From Mobula hypostoma (Eukaryota): 64,000 bases of DNA. Position 1 is the stretch's first letter; the number at the start of each line of letters is the position of its first letter. A program made the translations under genes and the position numbers. The stretch is from contig NC_086109.1 of NCBI RefSeq assembly GCF_963921235.1, positions 5,892,001 to 5,956,000 on the forward strand, in the 5' to 3' direction. Positions 36,001-50,140 of the stretch are shown here, piece by piece. Under the pieces are notes generated by a model, which saw only the letters and a program-made list of their open reading frames with translations, was not told the origin of the DNA and ran no database searches.

Positions 36001-36982
36001 TAACCTTTGACTAATTCTACAACCTATAGACTCATTTTCAAGGACTCAACAAATTGTTCTTAGTATTAGTTACTTATTTATTATTATTATTTTTGTATTT
36101 GCACAGTGTGTCTTCTTTTGCACATTAGCTATTTGTCAATCTTTGTGTGTAAGTTCTTCACTGATTTTATATATGGTATCTTTGTTTACTGTGTGTACCT
36201 GCAGGAAAATGAATGTCATAGTGACACAAATATATCTCGATAAAGTACAAAGTAGTTTTTTTTATTAAAGTACATATACGTCACGATATACAACCTTGAG
36301 ATTCATTTTTTTATGACCATACTCAACAAATCTATAGAATAGTAATCAGAACAGAATCAATGAAAGACCGCACCAACTGGGGCGTTCAACCGAAGAGCAG
36401 AAGACAACAAACTGTGCAAATACAAAACAAAGAAACAATAATATAAATAAATAAGCAATAAATATCAAGAACGTGAGATGAAGAGTCCTTGGCAGTCAGC
36501 CCATTAGTTGTGGGAACGTTTCAATGATGGGGCAAGTGAAGTTGACTGAAGTTATCCTCTTTGGTTCAAGAGCCTGATAACTGAGGGGTAATAACTGCTC
36601 CTGAACCAGGTGGTGCAAGTCCTGAGGCTCTTGTACCTTCTTCCTGATGGTAGCAGTGAGAAAAGAACATGGTAGGGGACCCTAATGATGGATGTCGTTT
36701 TCCTTCAACGGTGTTTCATGTAGACATGCTCAACGGTTGGAACAGCTTTACCCATGACAGACTGGGTCGCACCCACTACTTTTTGTAGGATTTCCTGTTC
36801 AAAGGCATTGGCTTTCCATACCAGGCTGTGAAGCTGCCAGTGAATATACTTTCCACTAGACGTCTATATAAGTTTGTCAAAGTTTTAGATGTCATGCCGG
36901 ATCTCTGCCACCTCCTAAGGAACCGGAGGGACTGCCACACTTTCCTCGTAATTGCACCTGTGCTGGACCCAGGTCAGATCCT

Positions 36983-37112
36983 GGCACGTGGCCAAGTGGT
37001 TAAGGCGTGGACTAGTGATCTGAAGGTCGTGAGTTCGAGCCTCAGCTGAGGCAGCGTGTTGTGCCCTTGAGCAAGGCACTTAACCACACATTGCTCCTGC
37101 ACGTTTATAGCC
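36983..37112 (+). mobile_element. tRNA-derived SINE with CORE-like segment (longer copy on minus strand at ~41810-42118)
   Basis: A box tggccaagtgg and B box gagttcgagcc, followed by gtgcccttgagcaaggcacttaacc. The minus-strand copy ends in (ta)n. Confidence 0.72.
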
Positions 37113-40017
37113 CAGAGGCGGTGGTTGCTGCAGTATGGACAAGGCAAGACAAGATCCTCTGAAACAATATCACCTAAGAATTTAAAGTTGCTAATCCTCT
37201 CCACCTCTGATCCTCGATGAGGACCGGCTCATGGACCTCCGGTTTACTTTACCCAAAACCTATAATCAGCTCCTTGGTCTTGCTGACTTTGAGTGAGAGG
37301 TTATTGTTGTGGCACCACTCAGCCAGATTTTCAATCTCCCTTCTATATGCTAATTCATCACCACCTTCATCAGCCAATATGACATTCGAGCCGTGCTTAG
37401 CCACACGATCATAAGCGGAAGGTGTCTAGAGTGGGGGTTAAGCACACAGCAATGTGGTGCACCTGTGCTAATGGAGACTGAGGAGGAGATATTGCTGCCA
37501 ACCTGAACCAACTGGTGTTTGCAAGTGAGGAAATCAAGGAGGTATCGGGTAATAAATTTACTTTGAACGTTAAAGCTGCTGACTCCCTACTGGCGATCCC
37601 CCAATACAGAATGGTGCAAGCTCGCCTACCTTTCGCATCCTGCAGTCAACCATCCGGTCCTTAGTTTTACCGATGCCGAGCGAGAGGTTCTTGTTGCAGC
37701 ACCACTCAACCAGGTGACCAATCTCGCACCTGTACGCTGTCTCCTCACACCCTACCTTAATCCTACCTGTACCATAATGATAAGCCCCTGTCTGTGCTAG
37801 AGGAGGGGTCCCACCTGACCATGACAAGGAAAGCAGCAAGGGAGAAAAAAAATTTAAGGTGAATAGAAGATGAAGAAAGATGCTATAGATTAACCAGAAG
37901 TTTGAGCTCAGGATGTTTAAACCTTACTACCAATTCGTGAACAGCAGAGCAGCGCTCACTCTTGTAAGATTGCGGGCTACCTGTCCCTGGGCCGCACAAG
38001 GCTCCAGGCTCGCAGATCGATCATAATGCTCCACTCCTGTCAAAGAGACAAGTGTAACAAAGGTTATCCTGAAGTAATGTTGCAGCGCGATAAAACACAG
38101 GCCAGATCACACCCGGAATACTGTGTTCTGTTCTGGCCGCCTCATTATAGGAAGGATGTGGAAGTTCTAGAGATGGTGTACAGGTCATATACGAAGACGC
38201 TGCCTGGTATGTCTCATGAGGAAAGTTTGAGTGAACTAGGGCTTTTCTTTTTGGAACGAAGGAGGATTGGGGGGCCGTGACTTAATGGACACGTACAAGA
38301 TGATAGGAGGTATCGTGATGAGACCAAGATGGCGGTAAGGAGTTCAGTAGTCTCACGTCCTGGGGAAGAAGCTGATTTCCATGCTAACCATCCTTTTCCT
38401 AATGCCACAGTATCTCCTGCCTGATAGTAAGGAGTCAAAGAGTTTGTTGGAAGGACGAGAGGGATCATTGATAATGCTAAGGGGCCCTGCACACACAGCG
38501 CTCCTGATAAATATCTCAAATGGGTGGAAGAGAGACCCCGATGATCTGCTCAACAGTCCTCACAATCCTTCATAGGGTCTTGACAGGCTGCAACTTTTTC
38601 CCAGGGCGGAAATAGTTTATACAAGGGGACATAATTTTAAGGTGGCTACAGAAGTGGATAAGGGAATGTCAGAGGTATTCTTTTTTACATAGAGAGTTGT
38701 AGGTGCGTGGAATGCACTGCCAGAGGCAGGTACATTGGGGATGATTAAGAAACTCTGGGATAAGCACACAGATGAAAGAAAAATGGGGGGCTATCAATGG
38801 GCTGTGTAGGAGGGAAGGGTGAGATTAATCGTGGAGTAAGCTTATACAGGCCAGCACAGCGTTGTGGGCCGCACACCCTGCGTTCTGCTGTATGGTTCGA
38901 TGTTCTGAAACAGCGGCCTTGCCAAGGTGCTCACACCCCAAAGGCGGCTGGAAGGTGTCGGAAAACAAGCAAGTGGCAGCATTACGTATGGTCAGATCCC
39001 AATTGCATCAGCACCAGGTTCTGCCAGGTTCAGGTGTTGTCTCTCTGGTTTCGACTGAAAAACCCACAAAAGGAGATGCTCAGAATGACTGCTGATTACT
39101 CATTCCTGTTCCGCAGAACAATGCTGACTGATTTGTGAGCACCACACTGCCTTGCAAAGTTGAAGAGTGAAAAATGCTTTCTCATTTTCTTCTCCGAATT
39201 GGCGTCAGCAAGGAGCTCACATTTATGCTGCCTCACCTCAACTCAGTTCATCTCAGATAAGAACATCGCACTCTAACATTGACGCACAAGCTTCACCCTA
39301 AAAATTGAGTTATCTGATAACCCACACAATGCGGGCAGCACAAATTGCCTACCTTTCCAAATTCAAGCAGAAAGACTTTGTCCCCTCTGCATCACAACAG
39401 TCTCTCAGGAACAAAAGTTGACATGGTTTTATAGGTCCCTTAGTGGCGGATGTGGAAACCGCACCAATGCCCAGGAACGGTAAAGTCTACAGAAAGTTGG
39501 CAGAAATAGCTTTGTCCATCACATGCATACCGTCCCCACCACTGGAGTGCTGCCACAAGAAAGCAGCGTCCATCTTCAAGGATCCCCACCATCCTGGTGA
39601 TGCTCCTTTCTCCCTATGACTATCAGGCAGGAAGTACAGATACCTTAGGTCCCATACCACTGGGTTCAGGAACAATTATCACACTCTTGAACCAAAAGGG
39701 GCAACTTCACTCACCCCATTGTTGAAATGTTCCCACAACCAATGGACTCAATTTCAATGAATCTCATGTTCTCAATATTTATTGCTTATTAATTTATAGT
39801 ATCGGTTCTTCTTTTGCATTTGCACAGTACCTGTCTTCCGTACCTGTTTGAATGCCCGGGATAGGTGGTCCTTCACTCATTCTGATATTGATATTATTCT
39901 TTAGATTTGTTGAGTACACCCATAAGAAGATGATTCTCACAGTTGTATATAGTGGCATACACATACTTTGATAATAAATTTATGTTGGACTTTGAACTGA
40001 CTTCACAACCTATAGCA

Positions 40018-40325
40018 GCACACATAAAATGCTGGTGAACGCAGCAGGCCAGGTAGCATCTCTAGGAAGAGGTACAGTCAACGTTTCAGGCCGAGACCCT
40101 TCATCAGGACTGACTGAAAGAAGAGCTAGTAAGAAATTTGAAAGTGGGAGGGGGAGGGGGAGGGGGAGATCCAAAGTGATGGGAGAAGACAGGAGGGGGA
40201 GGGATGGAGCCAAGAGCTGGAAAGTTGATTGGCAAGAGGGATACAAGGCTGGAGAAGGGAGAGGATCATGGGACGAGAGGCCTAGGGAGAAAGAAAAGGG
40301 GAGGGGAGCACCAGAGGAAGATGGA
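40018..40325 (-). mobile_element. PLE pLTR fragment with hammerhead motif (40076-40111)
   Basis: Same sequence family as 18570-18860. Confidence 0.8.
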
Positions 40326-40705
40326 GAGATTCACTTTCAAGGAATCTACAACTCATATTCTCAAATTATTAATTCACGTATTTATTATTCTTTAGGGTTT
40401 TTTGCATTTACGCATTTTGTCTTCTTTTGCACATTATTTGTTTGTCAGTCTTTTTTTAAAAATAGTTTTTCCATAAATTCTATTCTATTTCTTTGCAGAG
40501 GACTGTGGAAGACACCAGTAATATGCCAAAAATTCAAGAGTGTCAGGGGGCAGAAGTAAGTGTACTTTGCTTTTGCTAAGGAGAAGGTGCATTGGAAGCT
40601 AAAAGGTCTGAACGTAGATAAGTCAGCTAGACCAGATGGACTTCTCTCCCTAACCTTTGATGCCCTTACTAATCAAGAACCTATCAACCTCCACTTTAAG
40701 TAAAC

Positions 40706-41455
40706 AGACATCCCACCCTGCAAAAACTCATTTCAGGGAGGTAGCACCCCCGCCCCCGCCCCGCCCCCCCAGGTCGATCTCCAAGGGTGTATGTAATACC
40801 TTGTTTAGTGATTTTGTTTAATCTGTAAACCAAGTTGGGTATATGCCGCAAAGTGACATTAAAATATGTACATATATTATATTATATTATCATGTTATTC
40901 CTTTACAACTTTAAGCAAGTCTACAGGGAGTTTGGCCTCATCACATAGGACATCAATAGCGTAGCTCCTTGGCAGCTAGCCAGCTAGTTTAAATCAGGGG
41001 TCCCCAACCTTTTCTGTACTGCGGACTGATTTAATATTGACAATATTCTTGCTGACCGGCCGTCCCGGGGTGGGGGGGGGGGGCGGTGTTAAACGCGACC
41101 GGAATATAGGTGATAGGTCAACTATAAGTCACATGCAAATGGCTAATACACTCAATTTTGTTTCTAAAGGGGTTTATCTAACGAATTTAATATTAAACAC
41201 ACAGCGCATATTTTCCTCACATGAATGTAGTGATAAGTCAATTATAACAGTGGTCCCAAACCACTGAAGAATGCAGCGGTACAGCGGTAGCCAGAACGCA
41301 CTCAGCACATCTTTAAGAAAAAAGCCGAAATAAACATGCTAATTGATTAGGTGCCGCCGGGCACGTAACTGTCGGCCCAGATCAGAGGCGATTGCCGATG
41401 AGCCACTATCGATATGCGGGAAACTCTTGGAACTTCCGGGAGAGGTGGGATGTCG
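40706..41455. mobile_element. Non-autonomous DNA transposon with TIRs, carrying an internal hAT end fragment (40995-~41250)
   Basis: TIRs agacatcccacc / ggtgggatgtcg with duplicated agtaaac on both sides. It splits a CR1 3' fragment. The internal caggggtccccaacc.. segment matches the right end of 62450-63652. Confidence 0.65.
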
Positions 41456-43902
41456 GAGTAAACCCGATGACTCGGCCTCCACTGCCGTCCATGGCAACGA
41501 ATTCCACAGATTCACCACCCTCTGGCTAAAGAAATTCCTCCTCATCTCTGTTCAAAATGGATGTCCCTCTGTTCTGAGGCTGTGCCCTCTGGTCCTAAAC
41601 TCAACTACTATAGGAAACATCCTAACAACATCCACTCTATCTGGGATTTCAATATTCAATAAGGTCCAATTAGATCTCCTCTTATTGTTCTAAACTCCAG
41701 TGAGTACAGGCCCAGAGCTTCAAACGCCCCTGTCATTCCCACTACTATTGTCTTGAGCCATCTCTGGACCTTTTCCCCCTTTCCAATGCAGCACGTCCTT
41801 TCTTAGATATATATATATATGCATCCGTTAGTCTCATGAGACCATGGATTTGCACCTTGGAAGGTTTCCAGGGTGCAGCCCTGGGCAAGGTTGTATGGAA
41901 GACCAGCAGTTGCCCATGATGCAAGTCTCCCCTCTCCATGCCACTGACGTTGTCCAAGGGAAGGGCATTAGGACCCATACAGCTTGGCACCAGTGTTGTC
42001 GCAGAGCAATGTGTGGTAAAGTGCCTTGCTCAAGGACACACACGCTGCCTCACCCAAGGCTCGAACTAGCGACCTTTGAATCACTAGACGAACACCTTAA
42101 CCAGTTGGCCACACGCCAACACGGGGGCTCAAAACTGTTCACAATACTCCAAGCTGAGCCTGACCAATGCCTTATAAAGCCTCAGTATCACATCCTAGTC
42201 CTCTTGATAATACTAGTTCAAAGTAAATTTATTATCAAAATACATATATTTCAAAGTTCACGAAATTGGCCCTTATAAATATCATCCAAGATTCTGATCT
42301 AAACTAGTCGCATTGCCTACATTTGGCCATATCCCTCTGAATCTTTCCCATCCTCTGTCCAAGTGCTTTTTAGATGTTGTTAATGTACCAGCCTCAAAGA
42401 TTTCCTCTGGCAGCTCAGTCCATACACGGAACATCCTCTGCATGAACAAGTTGCCCCTCAGGTTCCTATTAAATCTCTCCCCTCTCATCTTCAACTTGTG
42501 CCCCAGTTCTTAATTCCCCAGGCCTGGGAAAAGGACTTTGTGCTTTTACCCAATCTAAACCTCTATACAATACCTCCTTGAATTAGCCATTTCCGCCCTG
42601 GGAAAGTCTCTGGTTGTCCACTTGATCTGTGTCATTTTATTGTCTTGTACAACTGCAACAAGTCATCTCTCATCCTCCTTTGCTCCAGAGGGAAAAGCCC
42701 TAATTCACTCAAATTCTTTCCTCATGAGCCATGCTCTCTAATCCAGGTAGTATCCTGGTAAGTCTCCTCTGCACCCCCTCTAAAGCTTCCACGTCCTTCT
42801 TATAATGAGGCAACCAGAAATTAACAATATTCTAAGTGTGCTCTGACCAGAGTTTTATAGAGCTGCAACATTACCTCAGGGCTTTTGAACTCAATTCCCC
42901 CAATTAATAAAGGGTCTTGATGAAAGGTCTCAGCTCGTAACATCAACTGTTTACTCTTTTCCTGAGATGCTGCCTGGCCTTCTGAGTTCCTCCAGCATTT
43001 TGCATGTGTTGCTCTGGACTTCCAGCGTCTGCAGAATTTCTCGTGTTTGCAACACAACATATGTCTTCTTAGCAACCCTATCAATGCTGAGGATTCTACG
43101 GACGTGGACCCCAATATCCCCCTGTTGTTCCACACTGCTAAAAATCATACCACTAACCCTGAATTTTGCCTACTACTTTGCATTTCATCATGCCAGCCAG
43201 TAGGCCAGGAGGGTCAATGGGAATAATCCAAGACGTTCTGAAGAACCAGTATTCAATGCTCAAGGTACGAGGATACCGATTTCAAAACTTTGTGCAACAG
43301 GATTCACGTTCCACAAAAGGATAATTGATATATAGAAAAGCCAGCAAGCGACAAGCTTAGTTCATCCAAACCTTGGGGACGGAGCAGAAGAGAAACAGTT
43401 GCGTCAGAGACGAAATTATGAGTCAAATTATCAAGAAGCTCAGATCTATGACAGAGTTGGTGCTTTATGGCCAGTGAGTAAACCTAACATTCGGAGATGA
43501 GATAATGTCACTAAATGAGAACAGTCAGCAGGTTTATGCTTCGAGGCAAAGTCTTTCCTCGGCAGAGGGAGAGAAAACAGGCAGGTTTTGTTGTGGAGAG
43601 GGTGGTAGACAGATGAAGACCTGATCTCCTTACCTGCCCATCACCTCCCTCTGGTGCTCCTCACAAAAGTTGGTTTCCAGGTGCAGCAGGCTTTTAAGAA
43701 GGCAAAAGCGATGTTGGCCTTCATTGCTAGAGGGATTGAATTTAAGAGCAAGGAGGTTATGTTGCAACTGTAGAGGGTACTGGTGAGGCCGCACCTGGAG
43801 TACTGCGTGCAGTTCTGGTCTCCTTACTTGAGGAAGAGTACACTGGCTTTGGAGGCAGTGCAGAGAAGGCTCACCAGGTTGATTCCATAGCTGAGGGGGT
43901 TA

Positions 43903-44843
43903 AACATAGAAACATAGAAAATAGGTGTAGGAGTGGGCCATTCGGCCCTTCGAGCCTGCACCGCCATTCAGTATGATCATGGCTGATCATCCATCTCAGA
44001 ACCCTGTACCTGCCTTCTCTCCATACCCCCTGATCCCTTTAGCCACAAGGGCCATATCTAGCTCCCTCTTAAATATAGCCAATGAACTGGCCTCAACAGT
44101 TTCCTGTGGCAGAGAATTCCACAGATTCACCACTCTCTGTGTGAAGAAGTTTTTCCTCATCTCAGTCCTAAAAGGCTTCCCCTCTATCCTCAAACTGTGA
44201 CCCCTCGTTCTGGACTTCCCCAACATTGGGAACAATCTTCCTGCATCTAGCCTGTCCAATCCCTTTAGAATTTTATACGTTTCAATAAGATCCCCCCTCA
44301 ATCTTCTAAATTCCAGCGAGTATAAGCCTAGTCAATCCAGTCTTTCATCATATAAAAGTCCTGCCATCCCAGGAATCAATCTGGTGAACCTTCTTTGTAC
44401 TCCCTCTATGGCAAGAATGTCTTTCGTCAGACTAGGGGACCAAAACTGCACATAATACTCCAGGTGTGGTCTCACCAAGGCCTTGTACAACTGCAGTAGT
44501 ACCTCCCTGCTCCTGTACTCGAATCCTCTCGCTATAAATGCCAACATGCCATTCGCCTTTTTCACCGCCTGCTGTACCTGCATGCCCACTTTCAATGACT
44601 GGTGTATAATGACACGCAGGTTTCATTGCACCTCCCCTTTTCCTAATTGGCTACCATTCAGATAATAATCTGTTTTCCTGTTTTTGCCACCAAAGTGGAT
44701 AACCTCGCATTTATCCACATTAAATTGCATCTGCCATGAATTTGCCCACTCACCTAACCTAACCAAGTCACCCTACATCCTCTTAGCATCCTCCTCACAG
44801 CTAACACTGCCACCCAGCTTCGTGTCATCCGCAAACTTGGAGA
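43903..44843 (-). mobile_element. CR1 LINE, third copy of the young family (3' ~940 bp)
   Basis: Reverse complement of ~17123-18058. Tail aaacatagaaacatagaaa. Confidence 0.92.
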
Positions 44844-44990
44844 TTAGACTAAGAGGAGAGATTGAGTTGCCTGGGACTGTACTCGCTGGAATTCAGAAGA
44901 ATGAGAGGAGATCTTATAGAAACATGAAATTATGAAAGGGATAGATAAGATAAAGGCAGGAAAGTTGTTTTCACTGATAGGTGAGACTAG

Positions 44991-45825
44991 TGTGATGGGA
45001 TCCTGAATTAACCTTTATGAACTGTGCTTTTAAAAGAGAGAGAGAGAGAGAACGAACGAGTTGTTCAACACAAGCACCTTGTTATGAAGAGAGAGAGAGG
45101 CAAAGACTGTTTTGAGATAGTGTTATGGTTTCTCTGCAGCGTGTTTACACTTTTGCAAGGACACTGCCAGCTTCTGTGTTCTTACAGAGAGAGAAGGGAG
45201 GAGCTACAGGATGGACAGCTGGTGTTCAGCACAACAGTATTTAAACCAGCGTAATTGCTTGTTTCACAGGACACGCAGACGCACTAAGGTGTAGTGAAGT
45301 TACAACCATCCTGTTCAGGTGCCCACGAGTGTGGGACTGAGGATCGGTTCTGAGGGATCGATCTGTGATTATTGGTGCGTGAAAAAGCGACCTTGTGGAG
45401 TCTACTAGTGTGTCTAACCCTTGCATGGGTTGGTAGACTATCACTCGAAGACAGAGTTATTAACTTGGTCAAGTTTGGCTAACTTGAAAGTTTTGGAGGA
45501 CAACGGGAAGAACAACGGCATCAGCTCACTGAAGAACTAAACACCTCTCTCTCTCTCCATCACTACTCAACTCAATACCACGAACTGAACTGAACTTTAT
45601 TCATCATCGTAAGACTATATCCATTTACCCCTAGACTTGAAGAAGCTTGGTTTTTATATTTCCACAAGGAGTATATAAAATCATTGCTAACCTGTTTGAT
45701 TTATCTGATTTTATATTATTGCATTGCATAGTTACTAATATATACCATTAGTTATTAGTAATATCAGACTCCAAAGGTGTTTTCCATTTCTGCTGGTTCT
45801 TTAACCCGTCATGGGGGAGGTGAAA
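44991..45825 (+). repeat. 5' LTR
   Basis: Direct repeat of 50141-50970. Starts tgtga; the terminal CA has mutated (gtgaaa vs gtgaca). Confidence 0.9.
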
Positions 45826-46171
45826 AAATTGGGGCCTGCATCCGAAATTTGAACAAATTGTGTGGGGGCTTGTTTGAATTGATTGGGGAAAATCCCTTTT
45901 GATTTGGTTGTGTGGAATAACAGCAGAAATAGACGTTAGCGTTGAGAGGTTTCTGTTGGAACCAATCCCTGAAGCATTGGATGATGCTACGAGGGTTGTG
46001 CTGTTGGCAATTGCTCAAAAGTTAAAACTAAAGGTGACACTATAATGAGGGAAGCTCAGATACAGACAGTAATAGCCCAGCATTATGTAGCTAAGGGAAA
46101 TTTTGAAGATGGGGTGTTAAGAGTTATTCGCTAAAGGTAAGGTACTTACTCAGGCTGAGGTTTAGCTTCAG

Positions 46172-46636
46172 TTGGCAAAATTAAAGATGGAGCATGAATT
46201 GCAATTAAAACAGTTCGAGGCTGATGAAGCAGAAAAGCAGAGGATCCATGAGGCTAGAAAGGCAAAAAGACAGAGAGAGTTCCAGAGGGAGGTGTGGCAG
46301 CTGGGAGGTCCAGTGTTGGACCCTGCTGATTTTTACAGCTGGAAAGGGCTTGTGTTGATTGGCGAATTTAAAAGTTGTGTCCCCTGTGATGTAAAGGCAT
46401 ACCTAGATGAAAAGGATGCCGCCACCCTGTGGGGGTCCGCTAAGAGAGCAGACAAAGTTGTTTTAACCCACGAGGTTGAGTTTACTCCAGATGAGAGTTT
46501 GCCAGAGAGTAGCTGGAAGGTTCAGACTGACCTTGAATTTGAAACTGGGACAAGTGATGAAACCCCAGAAGAGGCAGCTGTCCCAATTGCCTGTGTTCAG
46601 GTTGTTGAAGTGCCTGTGTTCAGGTTGTTGAGGTAG
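46172..46636 (+). pseudogene. gag remnant of the LTR element
   Basis: Located after the PBS. Coiled-coil ELQLKQFE..QREF and LVLIGEFKSCVPCDVKAYLDEK resemble Gmr1-type gag (SCAN-related region). Confidence 0.6.
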
Positions 46637-47431
46637 CTGTGGATTCACAGGGTACTGAACCTTGTGTTGAAACTCAGTTAAGGTCTGAGTTATCTGACTT
46701 GGTTGGAAAGGAATGCAGTTCACTTGTGTCAGATGGTCTTGGTTCAGTGAATAAGGGGTTAACCTTGGTACCAGTGGAAATAGAGGATTCTCAGTCACTT
46801 GTATTAGACAGTGTTGTAAAAGTTAGTGATGGGATGAAAATCGGTGAGGTAAATATTACTGAAGATATTGAGGAAAGTATTGTTTCTGGACTTTTGAATA
46901 AAGTACTTGTGAAGGTTGGATTGATTTTGCGACCTTTGACCCTGCTTGCAGGACAAGGGCCTACTAAAGATGAATGTGCCACTCCATTGAATTTTGTTTT
47001 AACATTTGGATGTAAACACCTTCAAGGTTATATACTTGCTTTTAACGATGATATTGTGGAGAAGGAAGATTGTTTTGGTTTTGAGAGGCCGTCTAAAGAA
47101 GTTACTATGGAGACAAATCGAGATAAAGGTTGTAGGAATAAAATAAATAGATTGTTTGGTATTTTTCACAATATACACATGGTTTTTGTAAGTCTGGTGA
47201 TAGTGCTGATTTTAGTAAACATCGGGGAGAGCTTGACCTGTTCAAAGTAATGTTTATTCAGCAGTTCAGCTAACGACCAAAGCTGCTGCTAATGATCCAC
47301 ACAGAAGGTCTGTGATAGCAGAACCAGGGGGTTTAAATCATGATGACTTATAAGAGACTTTTCTACCTTCCCTATTCCAGCAGGATTTAGAGAGTAGTAA
47401 AGCTGATGAGAGTAAGGTATATGAGAAAGGT

Positions 47432-48346
47432 TTGTCCTTATCGAGGAAGGAATTTATAGAGGAACAGAAGCGAGATTCTGAAATTGTGGTTTTAAAGGAG
47501 ACAGCTCTCACAGGAGAGGAGGTTCAGAGAGAGTCAGTAGGATACTACCTAAAAGATGGGGTGTTAATGAGGAAGTGGAGACGACCAGCCACAGTGCCTG
47601 CAAGTGAGGACTGGGCCATTGAACATCAAGTAGTGGTTCCAAAAGTTTACAGGGCTGAAATTTTAAACATGGCTCACAAGGTGCCTTTAGGTGGACATTT
47701 TGGAGTAAAGAAGACAGTGCACAGGATTATGTGGGAATTTTATTGGCCTAATGTGAGGAAGGATATTGTAAATTATTGCAGGACTTGCCATACCTGCCAG
47801 GTTGTGGGGAAATCTAATCAGGTTATTCAAGTAGCTCCACTTAAACCGATACCTGCTTTTGGTGAACCTTTCTCTAGGGTCATAGTGGATTGTGTTGGCC
47901 CATTGCCAAAGACTGCAGCTGGTCATCAGTACTTGTTAACAATTATGTGTGCTGCATCTAGGTTCCCTGAAGCCGTGCCTCTCAGAAACAACCGGGCCAA
48001 GACTGTGATAAAAGCACTCATCAAGTCTTCCACACTAGGAGGTCTGCCTAAAGAAATTCAAACTGACCAGGGTAATACCTTTACTTCGAGAACATTCCAA
48101 CACATAGTTTCAGAGCTGGGAGCTAAGCACATTGTGTCATCTGCATATCACCCAGAGTCCGAGGGAGCCTTGGAACAGACCCACTCCACTCTTAAGACCA
48201 AGATTAAAACATATTGTGTGGAAAATGGAAAAAACTGGGATGAGGGGGTTCCCCTACTCTTATTTGCTGTTGGAGATTCGATTCAAAATCATTGGAGTGT
48301 AGTCTGTTTGAGCTTGTTTTCGGTCACAGGCCCAGAGGACCTTTGA
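47432..48346 (+). pseudogene. Integrase of the LTR element
   Basis: HHCC zinc finger (AHKVPLGGHFG..CRTCHTCQ) and DDE core (VDCVGPLP, QTDQG, YHPESEGALE). Confidence 0.92.
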
Positions 48347-48729
48347 CCCTACTCAGAGAACTGTGGTCTGATTCAGAAATGTGTGTCAGTGTGCTTAATT
48401 ATGTTTTGAAATTTCCAGAAAGGCTTAACAAAGCTTGTGACCTTGCAAAGGAGAGTTTGCAGAACGTTCAAATTAAAATGGAACATTGGTTTGATAGGAT
48501 GGCACCTGTGAGTACTGTTATGAAAACAAATGGGGTTGTGGAATCTGGTAATGAGGTGCAAGATCATTTTAACAAGCTGCATATAGTATCAACAAGACTT
48601 GAGAATTCCATTATTTTGACAGACCTTACTGATAAAGTCTGTCATCGGGAGCCTGCACAGAGAAAACAAGTGAAAGAATTAATTAGCAGGCGTAAAGATT
48701 TATTTCCTGACGTTCCAAGACGGTACACA

Positions 48730-49400
48730 GCTGCAGTGCATGACGTCATTGTAAATTCAGCCCAGCCCATCAAACAGCATTCTTACAGAATGAACTTAGA
48801 GAAAAGCACAAATGGTTGAAGAAGAAACCCGATACATGCTAGCAACCGGTATTATTAGGCAATCTACCTCAGACTGGGCATCGCCCTGCGTTCTTGTGCC
48901 TAAACCGGACAGTAGCATGAGATTCTGTACTGACTACAGGAAAATCAGTGCAATAACCAAGACAGATGCTAATCCTATCCCGAGAGCGGATGACTGTATT
49001 GATAAAAGTGGGAAAGGCTAGGTACCTCACAAAAATCGACTTGCTGAAAGGATATTGGTGTGTTCCTTTGACCGAAAGGGCCAGAGAAATCTCAACGTTT
49101 GTCACACCTTCTGGGCTGTATGAATATAATGTTTTACCCTTCAGGATAAAAAATGCTCCAGGGACGTTTCACAGAATGATCAATTCTGTGATTAGAGGTT
49201 TAGAAAACACAGGGGCTTATATTGATGATCTGGTTGTATGGAATGACACAGGGGAAGAGCATATTGCAGCAGTAGAAAAACTGTTTGACAGACTTTCCAA
49301 GGCCAATCTTACTGTGAACCTCGCTAAAAGTGAGGTTATGCCACAGTTATATATCTGGGCTATGTAGTAGGCCAGGACCAACTGGCTCCAGTACAGGCCA
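48730..49400 (+). pseudogene. Reverse transcriptase of the LTR element (frameshifted)
   Basis: PIKQHSYR, SDWASPCVLVPKPDSSMRFCTDYRK, IDLLKGYW, LPFRIKNAP, YIDD. Confidence 0.92.
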
Positions 49401-49432
49401 AGGTTCAAGCTATCGTTGAGGTTCCCGTTCCA

Positions 49433-50017
49433 ATGGGCAAGAAAGCGTTAAGAAGGTTTTTAGGAATGGTTGGGTATTATCGTAAGTTTTGTAAGAACTT
49501 CGCAGACATCTCTCATCCCCTAACAAAACTCCTAGGGAAGAGTGAAAGATTTGTATGGAGTGACCTTTGCCAGGAGGCATTTGAACGCCTGAAAACCATC
49601 CTGTGTTATCATCCTGTGCTCAAAGCACCTGATTTTTCAAAGCCATTTTCTATAGTGACAGACGCTGGTGATGAAGTTGCTGGGGCAGTACTGTTACAGA
49701 AGGGAGTGGACGACACTGAACACCCAGTAGCCTATTTCCCAAAGAAATTTAATGTGCACCAGAAAAATTATTCCACTGTTGAAAAAGAGTTGCTATCACT
49801 TATTCTGGCTTTACAACATTTTGAAGTCTATGTTTGTCCTGCCCAGAAACCACTTGTGGTTTACACGGACCGTAATCCATTGGTATTTCTAACTAAGATG
49901 AAGGATAAGAATAGAAGGTTATTAAATTGGAGTCTGCTATTGCAAGAATATGACCTGAAAATAAAACAGGTGAAAGGTACTGACAACATTATAGCTGATC
50001 GTTTATCCAGGTATTAA
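49433..50017 (+). pseudogene. RT connection/RNase H of the LTR element
   Basis: LRRFLGMVGYYRKF, TDAGD, YSTVEKELL, YTDRNPL, NIIADRLSR. Confidence 0.92.
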
Positions 50018-50140
50018 GTTAGAAACTGGACACTTTTTGCTCTGTTATCTGAGAATCATATATGTATTGTTTCAAACTTTGTAATTTACAGGTAAATGAA
50101 AAATTTTGATACATCATAATTTTTCCTAAAAGGAAGGGGG

